A DNA stretch of 62,941 nt, filler included, from Octopus bimaculoides (taxonomy: Eukaryota): assembly GCF_001194135.2 (NCBI RefSeq). It is 8 parts of 7 records of this genome, joined end to end, with 100 filler letters (N's around TTAATTAATTAA, not from the genome) between each part and the next. Parts side by side here need not be neighbours in the genome. Positions count along the whole stretch, not along the records: positions 41,960 to 56,931 come from NC_068981.1; positions 57,032 to 62,941 come from NC_068985.1; 6 more parts are not named here. The stretch is one strand, 5' to 3'. The stretch's first letter is position 1. Each line of letters starts with the position of its first letter. Shown piece after piece: positions 52,714 to 62,941 of this stretch. The notes under the pieces are model-generated. The model did not search any database. It saw only the letters and a list, made by a program, of their open reading frames with translations, and was not told the origin of the DNA. The translations under genes and the position numbers were made by a program.

Positions 52714-52925
52714 GGGCGGCGAGCCGGCAGAATCGTTAGCACGCCGGGCGAAATGCCTAGCGGTACTTCGTCTATCGTTACGTTCTGTGTTCAAATTCCG
52801 CCGAGGTCGACTTTGCCTTTCATCCCTTTCGGGGTCCATTTAATAAGTACCAGTTACGCACTGGAGTTAATGAAATCGACTTAATCCTTTTGTCTGTCCT
52901 TGTTTATCCCCCTCTGGGCGACAAA
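52714..52925 (+). mobile_element. Young full-length copy of the major tRNA-derived SINE
   Basis: ggcggcgagccggcagaatcgttagc (A box)...gttcaaattcc (B box)...gtcgactttgcctttcatccctttcgggg; CpGs intact. The central segment resembles my recollection of the MetaSINE domain (unverified). Confidence 0.85.
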
Positions 52926-53313
52926 GAGATAAATATGTTTCTTTCTTATCCAGATCATAGGCTGTAGTTTAAAAAAAAAAAAAATTGGCTGCGATCTCAT
53001 CCGTGCTCCTTCGTTGGCTGTAATATTTGTAGATGCATATCTTCGATACACAATAGTCTACAAGATAATTAACGAATGTTTGTTTAATTTGCAATAGCGA
53101 AATAAAATATTTTCTTTCAGAAACGAGAGACCACTCTAGCTTATTCCATATCTGGATATACCAACATTAAGATATCATTTGTTTAATGGTCTCATGATAT
53201 GTTTTCTAATGGTTGGCAACAATAACTGCTTCTTTTGCATATGAATATATGTTTTTGATTATTTTTCATCATCAATGTTGCCGTATACTTTTATCTTAAT
53301 CTCCTTTATATAG

Positions 53314-53490
53314 AAAGTCATAGTTGAAATGAATCGTCTCGGAATGTTGGTAGATTTGTCTCACGTAGCAGTTCGAACCATGGAAGTTGCTCTTGAAGTA
53401 TCAAAAGCTCCAGTTATTTTCAGCCACACATCTGCTTTTGCTGTTTGCAATCATTATCGAAACGCACCGGACGCAATTTTGAAAAAAACC
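53314..53490 (+). CDS. DPEP1: Internal coding exon of a membrane (renal-type) dipeptidase, peptidase family M19, DPEP1-like
   Basis: The acceptor ...ctcctttatatag ends at 53313 and the donor gtgagt starts at 53491, giving 177 nt in phase 0/0. It translates [59 protein letters not shown], matching the M19 motifs [19 protein letters not shown] and RNxPD. The two His are 21 residues apart, like the metal-ligand His pair of human DPEP1. Orthology to a specific DPEP paralogue is not established. Confidence 0.93.
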
Positions 53491-55999
53491 GTGAGTAAAT
53501 ATTGCTTTCCTTACTCTCCTTTCCAACAAGTATAAGAGGACATTGGCCACATGCTGTGAAGGCATGGATAGTTGTTAAAAAATATGTTAACATTACTGTA
53601 GTACAATTTTAATATTCCTTACTTTAAAATTGCTAACTATTTTGTTTTTGGAGAATTGATGAAATCGCTAGAGCTAAAATTTCTTGATTGTACCTCTTTA
53701 CATTCTGATTTTAAATCACATGGTGAATGTTTATCTTTCGTTCTCTCGATTTAAATAGAATAAGATTATGTTGCACTTGTGCTAGAAATCGATATCGTTA
53801 ACGTTTGTGCGATGAAAGTTGTAGAACAAGGTGTTGGCCCATTGCAAATCGAAACGTTATTCTTGTTATCGTTTCATTTATACTGATGCAGTTTTTAGGA
53901 TGCTGATCCGATAGACAAAACACATACTACGATTATATCGATTGACGTTATCCTTCCTCGACAAATGTATAGTCTCACTTGAAAATTCGAATACTGATCG
54001 TAGTTATTTATGGAATTATTTCATGCACAATATTTACAATATTAGGTGGCAGCACCAGTAGTGAATAATGCAATCTCCTATTTAATGATATCCCCTCATC
54101 TTCTCAGTTTACATTTTGTCGCGTTTGATTTGCTTTATATTCCTCCTGGTTGACAAAATACTCACTTGACTAGAAGTGACTCGATGTCCCACCGTCATAT
54201 TTTTTAAGGTTACTATAATATGATAAGCAAAACTGCTATCTGTTGAAATTATTAGAAAAAGTAAAGAAATGTAGAACAAAGTATTTAATTTAAATTTCAT
54301 ATTCCTTTGAAAATCGGCTACAAAATTCATTTTTGAGATATTTTATTATTGCTTTTGTTAAATATGTATTCTTCATGAAAAAATTTTAATAACTAAGTTT
54401 AAGGAAAACTAAAGAAAAATGGAAACGCAAACAATTCGCCAAACAAATGATGTGTGACGGATTTAAAAGTAATTTTCAGGTCCAAAGTTTTATATTTATT
54501 CTGAAGGTAAATAATTAGATCAATGTGGACGTAGAATAATCTCCTGATCATTAAAAACAGATATATAATAATACTAAATGTAAGTATTATTACAATCTCA
54601 TATATCCAGTAATTCTTTACATAAAGTTTGATTTACAGCACACAAAGTTTGAGAATTAAGATGTAACTAGATGTTTGAATAAACTGATTCATATTTAATT
54701 ACCCATCTGAGTTGGACAGTACTAAAATTTATAGTTGGGTGTAATATTAAGACAAATAAAAAATGAAATAGTCAAAATTGATTGAATACGTAACGTTTTT
54801 TTTTTTAAAGCGTTGTGTGTTATTTGTAATTAATGTTTCACAAAGAAAGCCCACGCACTTATGTAATAACGCCAACAGATCTTTTTTACTTTCAAATCAG
54901 TAATCCGATATTATTCGTGTGCAGTCCACACCTCTTTAAAATATATATTATATATATTATGTATATATATATATATTATGTTTGTGCGGCCTGAACCCCG
55001 TATATCCTAGATCCTATTGTTAAGACTTTCTAACTAACATTGCTGTGTATTATCTCCTGCTCTTATCCTACTTCCTCTATCCGCCTTAATGTTCTGATTT
55101 CTCACACCATCTCCTCCTGATCTCTGTTTTTCTTTTTCATCCATTACCGTTATCAGCTTACAAGTCTCCCTCACCGCAATTCCTTCCTAAACACTACTGA
55201 CAGCCAAACCAATGACAACATCATCTTTCTGTACACGCTATTGAAATGAAAACGCTTGCAATACTTGATTTTTCAATTCTCAGACTGGCAGATACTGTAT
55301 AAACACTCCATTGAATTAATTGTTGCTGACAGAGACTATCCCTAGTTTCTTTGTATTTTGGGTTTTATTATGCTTTCAGTTCGCTGTAACTCAACGTGTG
55401 TGAATTCGCAGACTTAGACCTATAAATATATTATTGATTTCGAGCGATATAATTCATAAAATAACAATTTAGTTGTTGAAATAAATCAAGAATGGCGAAA
55501 TCTGTTTTAAGAGAGAGTAAATAGTTTTTGACATGTCTATATTTGCTAATGGCATTACTAACGTAAGTGAAGAATGTTTTCAGCCAGAAATCACAATAGA
55601 ATTGTGATCTTGCTTTACTGTTAGAACAATGGACATTTTTCTACATAGTAACGATACTAAATGCTTAATGGTGTAATGTGTGGTCAATGAAATCGACTTT
55701 AGTTCATGTTTAATTCTTATTTTTATAAACCCAGGAGGAATGAAAAGTTAACAGCGGTGAATTTTGGATTCCGAAAATAGGCGAAAGAATCTAAATCAAT
55801 AGCAATTAATCTATTATGTTAGGGAATCACTTTACTCCACCACAAAAAAAAAGTATAACTTCTCACATAAGTGTAAGGACAATATGTGGGAAGAAAGTAT
55901 AATCGATTGAATCAACTCTGTCAAGAGTTGAACTCAGACCATAAATAGCAAAAAAAAAAAAACCAAAAAAAAAACCTCACAACTAAATAAATGCTTCTA

Positions 56000-56233
56000 T
56001 TTTGTTACTGCCCACAAGGGGCTACTCACAGAGGGGACAAACAAGGACAGACAAACGGTTTACGGTGATTATATCGACCCCAGTGCGTAACTGGTACTTA
56101 TTTAATCGACCCCAAAAGAATGAAAGGCAAAGTCGACCTCGGCGGAATTTAAACTCAGAACGTAGCGACAGACGAAATACCGCTAAGCATTTCGCCCGGC
56201 GTGCTAACGATTCTGCCAGCTCGCCGCCTTTAC
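56000..56233 (-). mobile_element. Young full-length major SINE with a 13-bp TSD, inserted into an older SINE
   Basis: Reverse-complement homologue of 52714-52925. The TSD ataaatgcttcta occurs at 55987-55999 and 56234-56246. An older SINE body continues to ~56375. Confidence 0.88.
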
Positions 56234-57530
56234 ATAAATGCTTCTAATTTAGACAAAAGGTCAGCAATTTTGAAGGAAGAAGATAAGTCGATTACATTGA
56301 ATTTAGAACTTGACTGATACTTTATTTTAGTGGCCGAGGATAGGCAAAAGGTAAAACTGACCTCAGTGGAATTAAGGAAATGTTATTATTGGTGGAATCG
56401 ACCAAAGGTAATTACTGTTAATTATTTCATTATTGTCATGAATATTACAGAAAGGCGATGAATTTATATTGTTAACGAGTAAGACAAAATGTATTCCAGT
56501 GCGTATTTCTGCTATTTGGATTTTGAATGTTCAAGCAAGTGTGGAGAATTTGTCTATATCTAATCTGGAAAAAAAAAATCTCAAAGAAAATACAACGGGA
56601 AACGACCATTGTGTTCACTCTACGAAATTCCGTCACAAGTATATATCATTTGACAAAGAAGTTACAAGGGTTCGTTCGATGACTTGATGGCAGAGAAACA
56701 AAGAAAATAACGGGAGTTAAATTTAGTATTTCAAAATAGAGCAGCAACGGATTAAAGAAATATCAATTGCCAACATAAGTACATAAATTTTGTCAATTAG
56801 ATGCTATCAGTATTCAATTATGTTGATCCTAGTAGAATGAAAGTCAAAGTAGATATCGGCGGGGTTTGAACTGAGAGCGTGTGATAAATTACAAAATATG
56901 TGTGTGTGTGTATTGCGTCTGTGTTTGTCCCNNNNNNNNNNNNNNNNNNNNNNNNNNNNNNNNNNNNNNNNNNNNTTAATTAATTAANNNNNNNNNNNNN
57001 NNNNNNNNNNNNNNNNNNNNNNNNNNNNNNNAAATACAGATGTAATCATAACAATTTATAAATATATGTAAACAAGCAATGAGAAGACATAAAACTAAAA
57101 TCATAAAATATGGAAATGAATATTGATTTGTAATTCTTTTTGATAGATATAATGTTTAAATTTACAGGTATAGGAAAATAATGTAAATAAGTTTTGAACT
57201 CGGATATATAGTCGCAATAATTTCGTCATAGGATTCAAAATTGTTCAACATTATAGTTTGAATTTCAATGTAAGTAGATTTACCAGCAATATCCCATAAC
57301 TAATTCGCATATCAATTTTCCCTCATTGCTCTTATCAATTTATCCCCGGACATCACGCCCATGCTTGCACCCTACAACATTGGAGTCATTGTCAGGTTTC
57401 AATCTGTTCTTCCCTTGTACATCCCGAGTCCTGTCCTTTACTGACCATTTCTTCCTCTTTTTTCCCCATTGCGACTTAGTTAATTATGGCTTATTTCGTT
57501 ATAGTTTATTCATTATCAATTGGTTCATAG

Positions 57531-58440
57531 AGTTCTATATTTAAGAGATGAGGAATCATGTACCTTATTTACATTTGACAGGTATTTGTCCTCATCTTGT
57601 TTGTTGTTACCACAACGTTTTGGCTGATATACCCTCCAGCCTCATCTGGTGTCTTGGGGAAAATTCGAACGTGGGTTCTCATTCCTAAGGTATTTTTCGA
57701 TGATATCAGTTTTATTATTATTCATGTCACTGCCTTGTATTGAACACGGAATCTTGGGGTTAGTAGTCAGCGCAATTAACCACTAGGCTACATTCCCGTC
57801 GGCAATTATGCAGTGAATTCTAGGGCTTATAAATCTAATATGGCGTATCCTTCCTTAATACCGTTTCCCATATGCTACTCATATCTGCACTCGGTTTACG
57901 TAGGAGGTTTTTGTGTCCTAGCATATGTGCTGCTTCTTTTAGTTTTCGTATTTTCCAGTGGTGTTCTCTGTCTATTATTTTAACTTCATCGCACAGGTCT
58001 CCATTTTTCCATTCATGATCAACTATACTCGATTTAACAATATCTCCCCGTGTCAGAGATTTGCGATGTTCCTCTACCCTTATTTCGAGGGGATGACATC
58101 TTCCGCCTTTGTATAACCTACCACAGCTATATTGGATAGAATACATGCAGTTTTTGGTCATATTCTCTTCTGTTGGTGGTGTCACTCGAAGGAGATATTT
58201 GCGAAGCGTTGTATTATTCTTGAATACTGTCCTGATGTCATATGGACCGCGTATCTTTTGTATCTCTCCGAAAGGATACATATTTATTCAATTGGTTCCC
58301 TAGCCTTCTGGCATGTTTTACTATTTCTTCAACTGATTTGCTTCTCAGAAATATCTCTATGCTGTTATTTCCTCATGTATTCATAATATATATAAACATT
58401 TCCATACGTTCTTATGTATAAAATTCTAGTCGTTATGCAG
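57531..58440 (-). mobile_element. Penelope-like element 3' part: GIY-YIG endonuclease ORF remnant plus terminal repeat module
   Basis: 57835-58281 reads TVFKNNTTLRKYL..KNCMYSIQYSCGRLYKG..PLEIRVEEHRKSL..KSSIVDHEW..IIDREHHWKIRKLKEA, a Penelope GIY-YIG domain. A ~270-bp terminal module follows at 57797-57531. Confidence 0.88.
57609..57653 (-). ncRNA. Minimal type I hammerhead-ribozyme motif (mutated core)
   Basis: GACAC-CAGAUGA-GGCUG(gagggtatat)CAGCC-AAAAC-GU-U-GUGGU. Stems I, II and the palindromic stem III are recognisable, but CUGA is CAGA and GAAA is AAAA. Confidence 0.6.
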
Positions 58441-59469
58441 TTATGTTTTGTAAAATTCTTAATTTAAGCCCCCTCCTACTTTGTGAAAAAGCTGTATTCT
58501 AATTTCTTCACAGACATGTCGAGAGATCCATCCTTTCCCTGGTTAACCATTTAAATTCTTGCACTATTTTAATGCAAGCGTGCAATGATTATAAAATGAA
58601 GCGCAGAAGTTTATCTTTTGTGCGTTTAAAGATAATGTCACGCAGAATGATGTTATACAAATCAACCAAGAGGTATATTTTAATTTATTGTGGATGAGAT
58701 GAAAAAAGTGAACTCCCGAAAAGTTGTTCCTTTTTTTTTTTTTTACTCAGAATCTAAATTGAAAAGGAATTACTTGTGGGTTCTTGTTCATTCATTGATT
58801 TGAATACGTCGAATCGGTTTGACGTTTCAAAACAATTGACAAACTATTCTTCATTCTGTGGCAATATCGAATTATGGAAATAAAATTTAAAATTTGCAAG
58901 TAGCGCGATAGAAAACTGAACCATATAATTATGAAAGAACATATTATGTATGCTATTGAAACATTTTAAAATTGATAACGATTAATACGCTGTGAGTGTG
59001 GAGCAATTTTCTTTTCTTTTTAGTGCGGCAATTAATGGAGTTGAAACGGGTTATACCGATATGCGTATCCCAATCTTCCAGGATATTAATAACATATTCC
59101 CTATATGTTATGGTTCACTTCCTCTAACCTAACATCAATGTTCAAGCTTAAATGTAGTTTATACTGCTTCGAAATAAATACTATTGTAAGTACTATCGTT
59201 TGTACTTTTATAGGTAAAGGAATCATAGTTTGAAACACATGTATGCAGAACATGTGGCTATATTTATGGTTTCGTTTGAAGAAGTATGTCTATAACAGGG
59301 ATTTGGAAATTCCGTAGAGCTCTGTGTAATATATATAAAAACATATAGAGTAATATGTTTTTAAGGCTATTAAGATTTATTATATTGGAAAGCCAAAGTG
59401 TCCCTGCTATTTTGACGAGTGGAACTAATTAACAATATCTGAAAACGAACGTGTTTTCAGTGTAGTTAG

Positions 59470-59815
59470 TCGTAAGGACATACTAAATGGAGAGCCTTCT
59501 AGGGTCTCTAGGTCTGAAGACCGTTTTTACGGTACAAGGATGCCTGCAAAAGGGACGTGAAGGCCTGTGACATCAATATTAGTAACTGGGAAGTGGTTGC
59601 CAGCAACCGTGGGGGTTAGCGACGTACCATAGAAGAGGGAACACAAAGAAGTGACAGAGGGAGAGAGGAGCAAGTGAAAGACAAAAAAAGACAACACGAA
59701 ACTATGACATCACAACCAGCCAGGCAAAGTCTTCGCTAAATTTGCGTCACCTGCCAGGANNNNNNNNNNGCCAGGATATGACTACACATCCACAGCAGGA
59801 GATGTAAAGGACATG
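59470..59815 (+). mobile_element. RTE-clade LINE C-terminal fragment
   Basis: KDILNGE..RPFLRYKDACKRDVKACDINISNWEVVASNR..and a terminal LHIHSRRCKG zinc-finger-like end. Confidence 0.75.
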
Positions 59816-59879
59816 AAATGTAAAAAACAGACTGGATTATTTTCTGCGCAACTCTATAGTCTCCCGAGACAAAAAGATG

Positions 59880-60262
59880 AGTGTTCTTGCCTTTAACCCT
59901 CCAACGCGGAGTATAGGCCATAATTGAATTCCATGTCGCATAATTTCTCGCTTCTGTACTTATACTCTGCCATAAATGTTTTCCTTTCACTAGTTCCTTT
60001 TGTGTTGATCTACGCCACGATTTATGAGGCCTACCACTCTTTCTGTATCTATCTGGATTCCACTGTAAAACGCTTTTCGCTGTATTTGGTGTGTCCTTTC
60101 TAATTGTGCTACCAATCTACTTCCACTTTCTCTTAAATATTTGCCCCCTAATCGAAACTTGATTCGTTCTTTGCCATAGATCCATATTGCTTATGTGTTC
60201 GGGCCATCTGATTTTAAGTATACCACGCAAGCACCTGTTGATGAATGGTTGTATTTGCTTAT
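59880..60262 (-). mobile_element. RTE/RTE-X-like LINE C-terminal fragment
   Basis: QIQPFINRCLRGILKIRWPEHISNMDLWQRTNQ..LQWNPDRYRKSGRPHKSWRRS. Confidence 0.78.
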
Positions 60263-60264
60263 TT

Positions 60265-60808
60265 GCTGTGGGCAAATTATGGAGTAAATTTTACGGCTTA
60301 TAACTCTAATATGTTTCTATCCTTCTTTAATAACGGTACCCATATGCTGCTCATATCTGCACTCGGTCTGCTTAGGAAGTTGTTGTGTCCTAGCATATGT
60401 GCTGCTTGTTTTAGTTTTCATATTTTCCAGTGATGTTCTCTGTCTCTTATGCGCACAGACATATGACGTAGTGGTTAAGAGCGTGGGCTACTAACTCCAA
60501 GATTCCGTGTTCGTTACCAAGCAATGACGTGAACAACAACAACAATAACAATAATAATAATAACAACAACAACAACAACAACAATAATAATAATAGCAAC
60601 AACAATAATAATGATAATAATAATAGCATCGAAAAATACCTTAGGAATAAGAACCCAGGTTCGAAATTTCCCCAAGACACCTGATGAAATGTTGGAGGGT
60701 ATATCACCCAAAACGTTGTGTTAACAACAAACAAGATGAGAACAAATATCCGTCAAATGTAAATAATCTAAATAATGTACATAATTCCTCATCACTTAAA
60801 TATAGAGC
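60265..60808. mobile_element. Second, 5'-truncated Penelope copy with an inverted terminal module
   Basis: 60265-60449 (-) repeats the GIY-YIG end (DREHHWKI*KLKQAAHMLGHNNFLSRPSADMSSIW). 60455-60808 (+) is the terminal module of 57797-57531 in the opposite orientation, with an expanded (AAC/AAT)n. Confidence 0.82.
60676..60722 (+). ncRNA. Minimal type I hammerhead-ribozyme motif (mutated core)
   Basis: GACAC-CUGAUGA-aatgttg(gagggtatat)caccc-AAAAC-GU-U-GUGUU. CUGAUGA and a 5-bp stem I are intact; G12 is A and stem II is eroded. Confidence 0.6.
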
Positions 60809-62823
60809 AGGTGACATATGTATAATGTTATATGTTGAGTCACAAATTTTCATTCTATCTTTGCTTACAAGTATATGCTTCCAGCAAACGAGAAAATTAA
60901 CTGCATCAAAAACTCCCTCCTTTTATCTCTCAGTCTCAGTGCCTCTCTGTCTCCCCATTATCGTTCTACTCTCCCATTTCTCTCACTCCCTCTCTTTCAC
61001 TCTGCTCAAATGTTACAGATACTGCTCACATAAAGATAGATCCACCAATACATTTATGAATATCAAAAATTGGCAAGTATTGTCATCGCCCTCGGCACTG
61101 GCTCATGCTCTTCATTCATTGGTTCAAATCTACTCTCTTCAATGTCTTGCTGAGGCTCAGAGGTATGGATTACTTACTGAATGTCGACAAATGTCCTGTA
61201 GCAGTTCTAATTTAAAAGTTGATTAAACACGTCAACCTTGATGAAAAGTTATAGTTTAATTAGCGTAGATATGCTTCCCACAAGGAATATCAAAAGTTTA
61301 CTTTAGTAGTTACTAGACGAAGAATAAACTAACTAAAGATCGATAACTTGCATTGATTATTATATTATAAATGTCTCTGTAATACATTGCTAATGTGTTC
61401 GATCTATTCCCCATTCTATTACAGGCGTTCCTCCTTCAATGTAAACATATATTTAGACTCTCCTATGTAAACGTCTGTAGGCTTGATAAAATTCTCTGCC
61501 GAGCGGACATATTCATGCGACATATGTCCTCTTATATTTATTTGCCAATGTATTGGTGTCCTTCATCAATGTCTTTGCCTTCAATACCATATTCAATTTA
61601 CCATCTCTTCAATGAGCAACATTTTAGCAAATGTTATCTTTGACATCTTATTTATTTTTGTGCGAGTGCGTGAGTTTGTGTTTGTGTATATGTACGTGCG
61701 TGTGTGTGTTTCTCACTCTTGACAATGCGATAATGTTGCACATTTTTTGAATCATTCAAAGTACATATAACACATTTTATAACATATCATATAGGTTAGT
61801 GCATATCCTTTGGTAATAACCTTTGCAATTAACATTCAATGGCAACGCATATTAGCTGACAAGTTACACAGTAGATATTAAATATAAGTTCTTCGCCTTC
61901 GCTTACTTTAGTAATGGTAAACTCTTTGGTAAGCTGTATCTAGATACAATAATCTCTCAAAAATACACGAGAATATTAAATGCACTGAAGTTTGTGGTAG
62001 AACGTGACTTTTTACATAATTGTTTTGTATGTAAGTATCTATGAAAGAAAAATTGTAAAGAAAACAATTAGAAGCAATGAAGTATACAATTCATTTTTTA
62101 TTAGATATTTCTCTTTCATGTAAATATATCTTCGAAACTATATTTCTGAGGTAAATATATTTCATGTTGATCAATTGGACAGAGATATTTGTATTGTTAA
62201 TGTCAGAGGAATTCCAAATCTCACACAAGCTTTACATCTTTATTCGCCGAGTAAGCTTCATATGTATTTCTTCGTTTTATAAAGAGAATCAATCCTTTGA
62301 TATTTTTGTCTTGCTATTATTACAACATTTTATGGGAGTCAATAAAATGTTTTAAATCATTTTTTTCTTTTGCTTTGCTTTGTTGTCTTCTGAAATACAT
62401 TGTTTAATTACTTTCCATAATATTAAACTAAAATACTAGTATGTGACTGGCGTAAATTCTAATATATGTGTATGCAAACGTTTTTGTCATACTCTCCTTT
62501 CATTTGAATCATACCTTATACTTTCTTGTACAAATACAATTAAGTTCCTAACGTAGTATTGTCAGATAAAAGAGCAACAAAACTGACTCAAACAGACAGG
62601 AATAACAGTCGTAGAATAGTTCCAAACGAGGTCAGAAGACATATTGCCCAGGCGATTTAGTTACATTTAATATATAATATTATTTAACAGATGAAATATT
62701 AGATAAGTTAAATCCAAATTAATCCTGAATGTATTGACATGGAACATTATCCAGTAACTCATGTGATGATTACACAAAGTGACACAACCAGCTTTGATAT
62801 GCGTACACAAGTATACATATGCA

Positions 62824-62876
<53 letters not shown>

Positions 62877-62941
62877 CTATGGACGGACGGTAGACGTGTC
62901 GGCTCCGTAAATTTTGCCTTTTTCATGTTTTAAAAAGTTTG

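Noticed and set aside
61905-61945. VMVN-like peptide as the next dipeptidase exon
   Set aside because: There is no preceding GG motif or suitable acceptor, and a stop follows shortly.

Overview
AT-rich, microsatellite- and gap-riddled animal genomic DNA. The repeat landscape (tRNA-derived SINEs, RTE and R4/Dong-type LINE relics, Penelope, Tc1/mariner, hAT, Helentron-type elements) resembles a coleoid cephalopod, probably Octopus; this is inferred from recalled repeat families, not a database search. Only one host coding exon is recognisable: a 177-nt phase-0/0 internal exon of a membrane dipeptidase (peptidase M19, DPEP1-like) at 53314-53490 (+). The rest is intronic or intergenic and mostly decayed transposons. 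Best second-look items: (1) a Penelope terminal module joining a tRNA-like Pol III A/B-box head to a minimal hammerhead-ribozyme motif (two copies, both with core mutations), plus a second hammerhead-like family; (2) young inverted SINEs bracketing the dipeptidase exon; (3) a sharp CpG-poor to CpG-rich boundary at about 20.3 kb with a YY1-like site; (4) an ETS/CRE/YY1-like promoter cluster at about 35.1 kb. Most long ORFs in the supplied track are microsatellite or N-gap artefacts. There is no CRISPR, rRNA or bona fide tRNA.
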